Of a stretch of 64,000 bases of DNA, positions 13,801-25,849 are shown piece by piece. The translations under genes and the position numbers were made by a program. A model generated the notes under the pieces. That model was not told the origin of the DNA. It did no database searches and saw only the letters and a program-made list of their open reading frames with translations. Origin of the DNA: Tubulanus polymorphus (taxonomy: Eukaryota; Animalia; Nemertea). The DNA lies in assembly GCF_964204645.1 (NCBI RefSeq), contig NC_134030.1:8705122-8769121 (forward strand). The letters run 5' to 3'. Within the stretch, counting starts at the first letter, position 1, and every line of letters starts with the position of its first letter.

Positions 13801-16800
13801 CTTTAAGAGGTTTGAAGACATTATCAAATTGGTTATTTTCTCAAATGTTACATTTAATGCAAAGTATTTTGGAGGTATTCTCTTCTATGCATTCAGCAAG
13901 AGTATATAAATCGAGTGTATAAATATTGTTCAACTGCCGATTTGAATAGAGCTAGGGCAATTACTAATAGCTAATGGCTTTGCTACAATGGAGTTAAGAT
14001 TCAATAACTATCTTTTTGAGGTGCTTCTTGTGCAGACATTCAGAACCCATATAGACATTGTTAAACCATGGTTTTAGAGTCCATAGCTAGCATTATCTAC
14101 TGATTAATACTGTTCATATATCCTCATTTATCAAGAAACTGCTCCTCTATTTTGATACTCAATTTTCCATAAGGGCCTTAATGAAAATAGTATTTTATGA
14201 GCACCACAGTATGAATGACGAAACATGTATATCATTTTATTCTTACACAACAATTATACCCCACTAAATGAGTTATTTATAAAACAGTTCAACATAAAAC
14301 CTACAAATTCACTCACTCGTGAAAGCGTAAGGTAAACTAATTAATCTTAGTTATTACAAGAAAACTAAAAACATTGCCAACAATCTCGATGCAAGGGATG
14401 ATTGTGTCTCAATCTGGACTTCTCATGTAGGGCAAGTTGATTTTTGAGGGGGCAAGTGATATTACATATGCTCGGTCAAGTGGCTGGCATTTATTTCTTA
14501 AATCAAACCCTGCAAAATATTATAAAGGTTTTTTCTTCGTGATAATTTAAGATAAATCGAGTATCTTCATATAAATATGGCTTGACTGACGAAGCTACGG
14601 CAACTTCTTAATTTTTATTATTCAACTTGATAGTAGATATCAATACAACTCTATATAAAGATCAGAAATTCTTCTGATATTACAGGCTCCACACAGATGT
14701 GGTTAAACTGATAATCAAAACAAAGCTAGGACAATTGACCAATTAGCACTATATCCTTGAGTTAGCCTATCAAGAAACTGCTCCTTCTATTCTATGCTCC
14801 TGCTAATCAAATCAGTACTTTATGAACCACTGAAAAGTACCAAGAAATTAACAACTAAAAAGTTTCAACATGAATGATGAAAATGTACATCGTTTTATTA
14901 ACACAACAATAATATCTCAAACGAGAAATCATCATGCAAGTTCCTAATTTCCAAACATGCGTTATGTGTTACAATAACAGTCTCCAACATAGAGCATTAA
15001 AACTGGAGATGGAACATACAGATTCACTCTTGAAATCTAAGTATCAACTAATCATAACTTTCACTAGAAAACTAGAATTTTGCCTACTTTGCCCAGATGT
15101 CCAAGCACCTTGGCATTAAATACTAAGTATTCTGATGTTTTTTTCTGGCAGCTTCGAAAACATCAACATAATCAAACAATCGGTAACTAATCAATAACAT
15201 CAATAACTTAAGTTTATAACTGTTTTACATTCTTTCTAAAAAGTAAAATGTATGTACCAGATTTTAGATAGTAAGTCTACCCCCGTATAACAATCAACGG
15301 TCACAGCAGTGATTGAGCGCGGCTAGTTCATTGGACGGTCGATCTTTCATCACAGTTATTCAAAGCATTCTATCATATCAGTTATTTTCTTAAAGTGTGT
15401 TCGATTTAGTTAAGGTTTATGGTTATTTGTTTTGTTCATTACAATAACTGAGTCCGATAGAATGCTTAAAACAACAACAGAAAAGATCTCGGGTTCTCGC
15501 TATACTTAGGGAAGGTTGTTCGATAAGTGAATAACCTTGTTGATAAATGTTTGAAAAATGCCTTTTCATGTAAATAGAGTATTAATTTGTTGTTTGTTTC
15601 TATTGTTGTTAGTATTTTTATCTATTTTTTGATATTATCTATTTATGTATGTACTTGTATTTTATATTATTTACTACTTATTATTTATTGGGTTTTTTAA
15701 ATTTATTTTTTCATTAATTTATGTACTTGTAGTTTATATTATGTATTATTTATACTCCTCTATTTACAACTGCAGGCATTTTTTCACTGTAAAGTTTCTG
15801 GGCCCATTTTAGAAAAGCACTACCGATTCACTGCCACTCCTTAATAATCATTATACACCCAATTTGAAGCTAAGTGATTATTCACGAGAGCCATCTCGTG
15901 ATATGGATTTACCAATTACAATAAAAGAAGTTCAAACAGCTATAAACAATGTTAAAACGTTCAAAATTAGTCCTAGCTATCACTTAATGCCTTGTTATTC
16001 CTAGCTTTACCTCTCAAATGTAAATAATGGTCTCCTTTCAAATAAAGCTTTTTATTTCAAATACGTAGCTATGATCATCAAACAGATTGATGGAGGCTCA
16101 AAGTTAAAACTCGATGTGAAAATCGACATATACGATTCAATTGTGAAATCAGTTACATGGGCCTTCGAAAATATATATCCATCAAATTAATACATCTACA
16201 ATTCAGCAAATACTTAATATTTGTACATCAACACTGGCCTAATGTTATGTTCTATATTTCCTAACTATGTGATACCTACACGGAAAAGTAGCCATAGTTG
16301 ACTATGTTTAACTATGGCAAAGTTTAAAGATTAAACTCACAATATCATGTTGAAACTATATCTCAGTTTAGGAGTTAACTCAACAGACCTGCGAGCCCAA
16401 ACAAGGCGCTTGACGCGACCATTTACCCCTATTGACTAACCTAACTTGACTTCTCTATCAACCAAGGATCGAATACCAATATTGTGAATTAATGGAGCTT
16501 AGTTTTTATTAGACTCTCACATTGCATTAAACATTATAAAATAATTTCCTTTACAACACTATATCAGACTGGTTTGAAAAAGGGTGATAAGTAAAAAAAT
16601 CAATACTTTACGACAAAAATCCGCTATTGTCTTTGCCGCTCCTGGATCTCAGTGTTTATAAGATGCGCTATTGTTTATGCTGCTCCTAATAAGATACACT
16701 ATTGTCTTTGCTGCTTTCAAAACAGTGCTTATCCTGAATCAGTGTTTATCAGATAATCCATTAGCTTTGTTGCTCGAATCAGTGTTTATAAGATTCACTA

Positions 16801-16974
16801 TAGTCTCTGCTGCTCCTGATAAAATATTTTATAGAAATCAACCACCGTTTGTAGAAGAATCTATCGTTGAGTGATTAATCCGTTGCTGGCTCCTTAACTT
16901 CTAATCTGGGCTTCTGCAGTTTTCAACAGCAAATGGGTCAATCAGTATTCATCTACTTGTAGATTTTCTGATGA

Positions 16975-18345
16975 GTTGTTGATCTCAAGCTGGGTTTTTT
17001 CTCATAGTTGATATTTAGCTGCAATAATTAAAAGAAGATATCCTGTTATGACAAAATATTTCAATAAGAATTAATCGTAATAATTCCATGTATATCAAGT
17101 TACCTTTTATGATTGCCTGGTTCGTTATCGGTGTGGATCATCTAAAGTTGGTGGGTTAATGAGTTCAATTCTGTTGGCCTCATCTGTGCGCTGTTCAAGT
17201 TGGTCGATTTTGGACGAGTAGCTGATCTCGAGCTGGGTTTCTTCTTATAGTTGAAATTTAGCTGCAATGATTAAAAGAAGATATCCTGTAATGACCAAAT
17301 ATTTCAATAAGAATTAATCGTAATAATTTCATGTATATCAAGTTACCTTTTATGATTGCTGGGATCGTTATCGGTGTGGATCATCTGAAGTTGGTGGGTT
17401 AATGAGTTCGATTCTGTTGGCGTCATCTGTTCGCTGTTCCAGTTGGTCGATTTTGAACGAGTAGCTGATCTCAAGCTGGGTTTCTTCTTATAGTTGAAAT
17501 TTAGCTGCAATGATTAAAAGAAGATATCCTGTAATGACCAAATATTTCAATAAGAATTAATCGTAATAATTTCATGTATATCAAGTTACCTTTTATGATT
17601 GCTTGGTTCGTTATCGGTGTGGATCATCTAAAGTTTGTGCGTTAATGAGTTCGATTCTGTTGGCCCCATCTGCGCGCTGTTCAAGTTGGTCGATTTTAGA
17701 CGAGTAGCTGATCTCAAGCTGGGTTTCTTCTTATAGTTGAAATTTAGCTGCAATGATTAAAAGAAGATATCCTGTAATGACCAAATATTTCAATAAGAAT
17801 TAATCGTAATAATTTCATGTATATCAAGTTACCTTTTATGATTGCTGGGTTCGTTATCGGTGTGGATCATCTTAAGTTGGTGGGTTAATGAGTTCCATTC
17901 TGTTGGCCTCATCTGTGCGCTGTTCAAATTGGTCGATTTTGCACGAGTAGTTGATCTCAAGCTGGGTTTTTTAACATAGTTGAAATTTAGCTGCAATGAT
18001 TAAAAGAAGATATCCTGTAATGACAAAATATTTCAATACGAATTAATCGTTATAATTGCATGTATATCAAGTTACCTTTTATGATTGCTGGTTTCGTTAT
18101 CGGCGATTATCTTATTAGTTGGTTGGTAAATGAGTTCAATTCTGTTCGCTGTGCGCTGTTCAAGTTGGTCGATTTGGACGAGTAGTTGATCTCAAGTTTG
18201 GTTCTTCTTGATAGCGGAAATTTAGCTGCAATGAAAGATATCCTGTAATGACAAAATATTTCATTTAGAATTTATCATAATAATTTCCATAAAAATATAC
18301 TTACATTTCAAGATTGCTGGGTTCAGTATTGGTGACGATCTTCTG
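16975..18345 (-). repeat. Tandem repeat, 243-bp unit, about 5.5 copies; each unit resembles a 158-nt exon plus an 85-nt intron on the minus strand
   Basis: GATCTC(A/G)AG recurs at 16981, 17224, 17467, 17710, 17953 and 18188. Each unit carries ttttaatcattgcAG and AAG|GTAACT on the minus strand. Confidence 0.9.
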
Positions 18346-19617
18346 AGTTGGTTTGATTCTTCTGCGGGCGATTGGTAGATTTCGTTTGATTGATTTGAGT
18401 TGGTGTCCCTTACAAACCCACCACACCTGCCTGGAGCGAAACAGGCGGTTTTTTTTCAAAATCGGAAATCGAAGTACAGATATAGTTGTGTGATCGGCGG
18501 TCGAGTTTACATAATTTTCTTTCTTTAAATCAAAGCACGTAATTGCGAAATTCGGTTCAGGTTCATTCAAACAATCTTCCATCCAGTCAGAAAGCGACTG
18601 ATTGGGGTTAACTTTTTTTTCTGCCTATTTTAATACATCGAGATTCTGGATATCTATTGGATTATTACGAGATTTTGGATTTGCTTTAGTTTATTAGTCA
18701 CGGACAGTTCATGCACCCCGAGATAACTAATTCACACCATGCACGAGGAAAGCGGTCTATTTGAGTCATTGGGGAAAACCCACTAATACCATGCATTCAC
18801 GATTAATCACCATTCATGCTGTTATCACAATCCCGTCAATAGACAGATTTTCAAAAAACTCCTTGATTCAACTGAGGGGAGACAGGCTTTTTTAATTACT
18901 TGGAGCACCGATCCTCTGAAATTCTGCCAAAAACCTCATGCTAATTACCACTCATAATTTGGAAAAAACAAATGGTTTTCTTTAATTTTGATACTGAATT
19001 AAACGCCGTACATCATCATGTAAATTTAGGAAAGTTCATATTAGAATTCTACTCTTATCCCATTTTTGATTTTGGTCAAAGAATACGGCGGTATCAAATC
19101 ATGCGTACAGGGTCAGTCTGTCCATGAGGATGTGATTAGTCAGACAAGTCATGATTAGGCATTGATGCAATTCACTAAGTGAAAAAGTGCCCTTGCCACT
19201 TTTTCCGCATTAAGTGTTAAATTCTACTTAAGCCTACAAAAATCACGTCATCATTGATGCCGGTCCTCTGATAGAAGAAAAATAAACTCATAAGAAAAAC
19301 CATTCAGTAAATGATAATAATAATATTGAGTTTATTTATAAAAATGCAATAAAAGTGGTAATTTTTAATTTGCCTCGCACAAATTCATACGCTCGCTGCT
19401 GTAATGTGGTCACAATTCTCTGGTGAAATTAATCCCTTTAGTTCCTAATCTATCTTTGTTTCTTGGTGAAATAATGTACGTTCGATATTGACCCTCGCCA
19501 TCAATAACTCTCGCCTTTCTTTCCCGCCACCTGAAATAAAAAAAGAAAGTATTTTTCAGCGGTTAATTATTGATGTCGAAAAGTCTGTAAAACATTCTTT
19601 GAATTTAGAAAATTATA

Positions 19618-19768
19618 CAACGGAACCTCGTTGCAACGAACTTCAGGGCACCAGAAAATCTGTTAGTTATAACTCGTTATCAAGTATGGAAATAATTGAT
19701 ATTGTCTTATCTGGAATGGAATTCTAGTTTTGTATTAACTGATAAATTGTTAAAACGAGGCTCCGCTG
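19618..19768. mobile_element. Tc1/mariner (Tigger/pogo-like) MITE
   Basis: Imperfect TIRs CAACGGAACCTCGTT / AACGAGGCTCCGCTG, flanked by TA on both sides. A related copy lies at about 4717-4840. Confidence 0.6.
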
Positions 19769-20357
19769 TAAACAAGAGTTCTACAGATGGTGAATTATCT
19801 CAGAATTCATTGTCTCAATTCAGGTTGAAATTCCAAATAAATCCATGACTGAAATATCTAAACATACGTGAAATAAACAATCACCAAATTTTAATTGTGG
19901 GTTTTTATCTTATCATCTGTTCACCACGTTTGAGTGTGGTTATCGTACCATTATGTTACCCACGGATTTTAATTTGGCTTTGAAATTCTTATTTATAACC
20001 TTTCATTTGATCCTTGCCTTTCGAAAATACGAATCTGCCGCTTATAAAGCTCACAGATCGAAAGAAAGTTTCTAGAAAACGTCTTATTTCTTCAAAAATG
20101 TCTCCAAGAACAGGTTATTCCAAAATCTCTGAACTGGTTGAATAAATTCAAATCTGATCAACCATATTTTCTTGTACCTTTGACGGTCTGAATGACCCAC
20201 ATTCTGAGATGACAAAATCATCATTGAAACACACGCACTTATCTAAACCGGATTGATCCGATCCAAATCGATTAAGTCTGTGTCTAGTCAAACTCAAACA
20301 AGACATGTATGAAATCGGGTTCTGTATACATACAATAAGTTCGGATGTTTCATATAG

Positions 20358-20760
20358 CCACAGGCTAGTCTGAATAATAGGGACGATGGGGTAGTGGTAC
20401 CTCAGCCTCGCGTAACTGGGTTGGGGGATCCTTAGCAGGGAAGTGTCGGACGACTTCTCGTTTCTAGCTCCTCATGCCTGTGTGACAGCAGGTCTGATCC
20501 GGTATTCATACAAAAAGTTTGGATGTTTCCTAAAGTCACAGGCTAGTCTGAATAATACCGGTAATAGGGATGATGGGGTATGGGTTCCTCGGTCTCGCGT
20601 CACTGCAACTTTGGGGGATCCTTAGCAGGGTTTTCCGGTAAGTATTGGATGACTTCTAGTTTCTTGCTCATGCCTGTGCGACAGCAATCTGGGGTTACAG
20701 CAAAACAAGAGGTGGACTTCATACATTCAACGCAAAAAAAATGTTGGATATTTCCAAAAA
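20358..20760. repeat. Local tandem duplication, about 180-bp unit, two copies
   Basis: CACAGGCTAGTCTGAATAATA...GGGGGATCCTTAGCAGGG occurs at about 20360 and about 20537. Confidence 0.7.
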
Positions 20761-22766
20761 ATATGAATTCTTTATTTCTCATTCTTTTGACAATTTCGTA
20801 GCTTCATTCTCAAGAATTTTCGACAAATGCCATCCATCATTCTGAAAGGACAATATAATTTTGTTATTATATTTACATAATCACATTAAGTTAACTCTAA
20901 TGTCGGGACAGTAAGTAGTAAAATTGCATCAGGAGAATTTTAGAATGAAATGAATTTCCTCTTTATGTATTTTTGATCAAATGTATGACCTGAAAACCTG
21001 GCGTAGTACCCTATCAAATTCAAGTACACGTCGAACCGGTTTCATTTCGAGAATTTGATATACGCATCGTAAGTCACTGAAACATTCACAGCAAATTCAG
21101 AATCCCAGCCGGCTTAATTAATGCGTTTTTTGTGTTATCAACACTTACACATAATCTTAGTCGATATTGCATTCATAACCAGCAAGATTCGAATTTATAG
21201 AGATGATCTTATGAACTCACCTGCATTAGCTTTATGCGAGATATACACCGATGAATCGTATCTGCCTCATATTCTGCTGCTGCAACTGTCATCAGCAATT
21301 TCTTGAATGAACTAATAAGTGTTACCCTAAAGAATGAAGTTATAGCTTCATGAAAATGTATCCAATTGTTACGCTAATTGAAAACTCAAGTTTTAATTTT
21401 TCATATTATTCCCCATAAAACCTAGCGAAAAAACACCATTAAATCGTCAAGCATTCGCTAAAGAAAATTTTCAGGGGAGTTTTATATACGCATCGTAAGT
21501 CACTGAAACATTCACAGAAACTTCAGAATCCCAGCCGGCTTAATTAATGCGGTTTATTGTTTGCTACAACACAAAAATTTATAAGCACTTACCCATAATA
21601 GCTTCATATCTCAAGTAAATCTTGTATGTTTTAATTCACAAGTGACATGTCTCATCATGATCCGGTCATCGCCAGCGCAGTGTTCCAGTTTATCAGTGAG
21701 ACACAGTCACAGTTATTTTCAAATCTCGGTCTAAATCCATTTCTACAAATAAAAGTAAGTATCTAAAAATAAGTTTTGGACAGAGCAGACCATGTAGAAA
21801 GTAGAATAAAGATTTAAATCTATTCACCAATAAGTTAATATCAATAAAACTTAGAAGGGGACTGCTCTCAAAAAAACAGAGCCTTAGAAAAGGTACTGCA
21901 CTATTTTCCAAATTCCAGATTTTCAAGTAGGGATTTGGAATTTCTCGACTATTCCATGATTTGTAAGTAAAATGTCACACTCACTGCATACTTCGCTATA
22001 GGATTTTCTGTGAATAGTCAAATATGAATGGTAAAATATTGACACAGACATTAGAAGAATATAAGTTATACCATGGCCCGTGAATCATTTATACATCCTT
22101 TACTTAATAGACCAATTCTGACGATGCAAATTCATCCATTTATCAAAGCAAATTCAGAATCGCATAAAATTGTATTCAATAGTGAAAAATTACAATTTTT
22201 GGAACTAAAATTTGTATTTCCGAGTAGTACTTACCCTTTCCTATGGTTTTTGCCAATATTTTCTAAATTTGGATTTATCGCCAATGGTTTTTCTATACGA
22301 CCCGGCCCTGCGGTATTGCATTTAGCCACCGGCGAAATCCGCCATCTTTTTTCGTCATAGCAGACCAAAAAAAAAAAAACAGCTATGCGGGGCAGGTGGG
22401 CGGGATTACCACCATAGGAAAGGGTAAGTACTACTCGGAAATACAAATTTTAGTTCCAAAAATTGTAATATTTCCGTCGAGTACTGTACCCTTTCCTATG
22501 GTTTTTGCTAGACTAGCCTAGCACAAGGATGGTGGGAAGGTAGATAGAAAAACCACCGCTCAAACGCAAGGTAAGAGGGAAAAAGAGAGCACTTACCCAA
22601 GCACGGAATGGAGCACTGTAGCACAGGGAAGACCGGTTGGCCACAGTGAGTCCGTCCAGCTCAGGGGCCCCCCCCAGAATTTTGCGAAATTAATACTTGC
22701 AGATATGAGCCCAAACTATGTACAAGGATACACCCCCTGTGATCCTGATAATGCTACATAAATATT

Positions 22767-25694
22767 CTACACTAAAGGGTCCGATCGGAAAGAACGGACA
22801 CCTTGAGCCATGACAACAGGACCCAGTGAAGCTAATGAGCCTAACTGGCCTGAAACATCCCGTAAATAAAATGACGTGAATGTCGACGGTGAATTCCAAA
22901 AGGCGGCCCGACAGACTTCCTCCAACGGAGCACCCGAAAAGGCTGCGCAGGAAGTAGCCATAGACCTCACTTGATGAGAAACGACTCCCTCCGAGGAAAG
23001 ATTCTCCTTCAATAAAATGTCCTTGATCATTGAAGAGACCCATCGGGCTACTGTGTCCCGCGAAATATCACCCTTTAGGTGATCCAGCAGCGGAATAAAT
23101 AACCGCTCCCGTGAACCCCTCCGTGAAGCAGAGCGATCTAAATAGAAACACAACGCCCGCACAGGACATAAAGTCCTGTCCGGGATGCCCGGTTCCACTC
23201 GATGTTTTAGGGCTTCAATTCGCCATTGACGCCCAACCGAGCCTTGTCGTTGGTTCTTTGCCAAAAATTCCAAAGCAGGCCGCAGCGAAACAAATTCATT
23301 CGCTGGCCCAAAGACAATGTGACCTGGTCGGACTGAAAGCGCATGAATCTCAGAGCGACGGGCCGAGCAAGCCAAGAACAGCAAAAATACAGTCTTTTTT
23401 GACAAATTTGCAAAAGACGCTGCCGAAAGAGGTTCAAATGGAGCCTCCATTAACTTCTTCAAAATTACAGACAGATCCCATGGTGGAACTGTCCTTGTTA
23501 CCCGAGGCCGGGAAATAGAAAACCCAGCAACCAGCTGGGATATCCGATGATCCCCTGCTACATTTGGCCATCCAGAAGCACGCAATGTATGAGAAATCGC
23601 GGAGCGGTAACCTTTAATAGTTATGACCTGTAAACCTTTTGCTACAAATAGGTGCAGTAAAAAATCTGCCAATTGAGCTACAGAGGGTGAGCATGGATCA
23701 ATTTCCCCTGCAGCACACCAATCCGCAAAATGACTCCACTTGGCATCGTAAATGGTACTTGTTGATGGCCGCTTAGATCCTGCGATAAAGGAGGCAGCCT
23801 GTTCTGAAAAGCCTGAAGCTGACAAGGATCGCTGGACAATGGCCAGGCGAGCAGATTTAACCACTGGCTGTTTGGATGATGCCGAAAGATCCCCTGAGAC
23901 AGAAGCGATGGGAAATTCGGAAGAATCCTGGGGTTGTCGCACAGTAGGTTGAGAAGTGGTAGGAACCATTTCTGAGCCGGCCAACATGGTGCTACCAGAA
24001 CTATGTTGCAATTGACTGATCTCTCTATTTGATCCAGTAAGCGCGGCAGGACTGGTGTGGGCGGGAACGCATACGCATGCATCCCCGACCAGTCCAGAGA
24101 GAAGGTATCGACCCCCCACGCTTCCGCGTCTGGAAACGGGGACACAAACAGAGGACACCTCCGATTGAACCGGGTGGCAAACAGATCCAGCAGCGGATTG
24201 CCAAAAATGCCCCGAACCCGATCGGCTACTTCTTGGTGGAGAACCCATTCTGTCGCAATAGCCTGACCTCGACGAGACAGAGCATCGGCCATCACGTTCC
24301 TTTTCCCTGCTAAATGTGCCACAGTCAGGGACACGCCCTTTGTCTGGCACCAAAGAAGAATTTTGGCCGACAGACCTGTGAGGGTTTCTGAGTGAGTGCC
24401 CCCTTGGTTCTGAAGGTAAGCCCTCACTGTTGAATTGTCTGTGGCTAACCAAACGTGGTGGCCCTCCACTCTCCTGTGAAAGAACTTCAGGGCCTTCCAC
24501 ACGGCCAGCATTTCTAGGAAATTTATGTGGTTGGTGGCCTCGTAGCGAGACCATTTCCCGGCTTTGACTCGGTTCTCCAGATGTGCCCCCCAACCTTGGT
24601 GACTGGCATCCGTGAATACACGAACTGGAGCCTCTAACGGGGCTAGTGACACCCCGAGCCGAAGATTCGTAGTGGCCGCCCACCACTGAAGATCCGGACT
24701 TAGATCGGTTGGAGATACGGGAATCAAGGCCTCCCAGTTGCCCTTCGACTGAGACCAGAAGACCTTCCAATATTGTTGCAAGCGCCTGCTTCTGAGGCGG
24801 CCTAAGGGCACCACCAGACCCATGGAGCTGATGGAGCCTAGAAGCCGTGACCAGTAACGAGCTGTTCTCGGGGTTGTGGACACTCCCGCTACAGCTTCTT
24901 GAAGTTTGGCCACTCGAACCATAGACGGAAAGACTTTGCCGATTCGGAGATCGAAGTCCATGCCGAGATAAGTGAACTGTTGGGCCGGCGACAACTGAGA
25001 TTTTTCCCTGTTTACGCGGAACCCTAGCTGATGGACTAAGTCCAAGACTGAGGTCATTGCCTCCCGACATTCCTGAGCCGAATTCGCGACTATTAACCAG
25101 TCGTCGAGGTAAACGAACAGTCGAACACCCCTTGACTGAAGTACCTTCTGAACTGACTTGACCAACTTGGTGAAAACCCACGGGGCCGTACTGAGGCCAA
25201 ATGGAAGAGACCTGAATTGGAACTGGCGGCCTTTCCACTTTATCCTGAGAAATCGCCGAGATTTTGGGTGAATTGGAACCTGAAAGTAAGCATCTTTCAG
25301 GTCCAATGAAGCCGCCCATTGACCCGGACGGAGCCCTTGAATCACGTCCTTGGGCTTGGTCATCCGGAACCTTGGAATGTCTAGGTGCCGATTGAGGGAT
25401 GACAGATCTATCACTGTCCGTTGACCCCCTGTGGCCTTTGGTACCATGAATATTCGAGAAAACCAGCCGGGAGAAGTTTCGTTGCAAACTGGTTCTATCG
25501 CTCCCTTCTCTGCCAGTTCCTTGAGAGCCGGAGAGATTAAGGCCTCCTGACTTGGTTTTGGCCGCATGTCGGGAGGTGACCTCATCAGGCGCGGTCGCCT
25601 TAGGAAACGGAGACGGTAGCCCCGAGAGACGACCCGGGAGGGCCAACCGTCTCCAAAGAGGTCGGACCAGTGGGTTGCTGCCTGCTGCAGACAA
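22767..25694 (-). CDS. DIRS ORF3, tyrosine recombinase (C-terminal ~350 aa); the N-terminal part overlaps pol in another frame
   Basis: YR catalytic motifs SARRSEI (R), LCPVRAL, HQVR (HxxR), AFW and TFTSFY (Y). The true start is uncertain. Confidence 0.92.
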   Translation of the reverse strand: MSAAGSNPLVRPLWRRLALPGRLSGLPSPFPKATAPDEVTSRHAAKTKSGGLNLSGSQGTGREGSDRTSLQRNFSRLVFSNIHGTKGHRGSTDSDRSVIPQSAPRHSKVPDDQAQGRDSRAPSGSMGGFIGPERCLLSGSNSPKISAISQDKVERPPVPIQVSSIWPQYGPVGFHQVGQVSSEGTSVKGCSTVRLPRRLVNSREFGSGMSGGNDLSLGLSPSARVPRKQGKISVVAGPTVHLSRHGLRSPNRQSLSVYGSSGQTSRSCSGSVHNPENSSLLVTASRLHQLHGSGGALRPPQKQALATILEGLLVSVEGQLGGLDSRISNRSKSGSSVVGGHYESSARGVTSPVRGSSSCIHGCQSPRLGGTSGEPSQSREMVSLRGHQPHKFPRNAGRVEGPEVLSQESGGPPRLVSHRQFNSEGLPSEPRGHSLRNPHRSVGQNSSLVPDKGRVPDCGTFSREKERDGRCSVSSRSGYCDRMGSPPRSSRSGSGHFWQSAAGSVCHPVQSEVSSVCVPVSRRGSVGGRYLLSGLVGDACVCVPAHTSPAALTGSNREISQLQHSSGSTMLAGSEMVPTTSQPTVRQPQDSSEFPIASVSGDLSASSKQPVVKSARLAIVQRSLSASGFSEQAASFIAGSKRPSTSTIYDAKWSHFADWCAAGEIDPCSPSVAQLADFLLHLFVAKGLQVITIKGYRSAISHTLRASGWPNVAGDHRISQLVAGFSISRPRVTRTVPPWDLSVILKKLMEAPFEPLSAASFANLSKKTVFLLFLACSARRSEIHALSVRPGHIVFGPANEFVSLRPALEFLAKNQRQGSVGRQWRIEALKHRVEPGIPDRTLCPVRALCFYLDRSASRRGSRERLFIPLLDHLKGDISRDTVARWVSSMIKDILLKENLSSEGVVSHQVRSMATSCAAFSGAPLEEVCRAAFWNSPSTFTSFYLRDVSGQLGSLASLGPVVMAQGVRSFRSDPLV

Positions 25695-25849
25695 CCTCCC
25701 ACTGGTCCCAAGAATTCATTTCGAGTTTTTCCGAAAGGAAGAGCCCCTTTTTGGAGCCTTCCCCTTGCCTCGATACGAACCGGAACTGTTACGACCGGAC
25801 GAGGCTTGACACGATTGTTGAAGTTGCGCGCTAGTTCTCCAACCGGCAT
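23678..25849 (-). CDS. DIRS ORF2, reverse transcriptase + RNase H + Dam-like adenine methyltransferase domain
   Basis: RT motifs [19 protein letters not shown] and YLDD. RNase H motifs FTDAS, HINFLEM, TDNSTV and [11 protein letters not shown]-like DLFATRFN...YAFPP...[11 protein letters not shown]. Confidence 0.95.
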   Translation of the reverse strand: MPVGELARNFNNRVKPRPVVTVPVRIEARGRLQKGALPFGKTRNEFLGPVGGCLQQAATHWSDLFGDGWPSRVVSRGYRLRFLRRPRLMRSPPDMRPKPSQEALISPALKELAEKGAIEPVCNETSPGWFSRIFMVPKATGGQRTVIDLSSLNRHLDIPRFRMTKPKDVIQGLRPGQWAASLDLKDAYFQVPIHPKSRRFLRIKWKGRQFQFRSLPFGLSTAPWVFTKLVKSVQKVLQSRGVRLFVYLDDWLIVANSAQECREAMTSVLDLVHQLGFRVNREKSQLSPAQQFTYLGMDFDLRIGKVFPSMVRVAKLQEAVAGVSTTPRTARYWSRLLGSISSMGLVVPLGRLRSRRLQQYWKVFWSQSKGNWEALIPVSPTDLSPDLQWWAATTNLRLGVSLAPLEAPVRVFTDASHQGWGAHLENRVKAGKWSRYEATNHINFLEMLAVWKALKFFHRRVEGHHVWLATDNSTVRAYLQNQGGTHSETLTGLSAKILLWCQTKGVSLTVAHLAGKRNVMADALSRRGQAIATEWVLHQEVADRVRGIFGNPLLDLFATRFNRRCPLFVSPFPDAEAWGVDTFSLDWSGMHAYAFPPTPVLPRLLDQIERSVNCNIVLVAPCWPAQKWFLPLLNLLCDNPRILPNFPSLLSQGIFRHHPNSQWLNLLAWPLSSDPCQLQAFQNRLPPLSQDLSGHQQVPFTMPSGVILRIGVLQGKLIHAHPL

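Noticed and set aside
16975-18345. CRISPR-like array, repeat-protein gene or snoRNA cluster
   Set aside because: The context is eukaryotic and there are no unique spacers. The exon length breaks frame and contains stops. No C/D or H/ACA boxes are evident in the introns.
19330-19532. Strong minus-strand acceptor (tttttttatttcAG) as a distal hnRNP terminal exon
   Set aside because: Neither phase gives an hnRNP-like peptide, and the gene already has a proper stop at 34431. Left unassigned.
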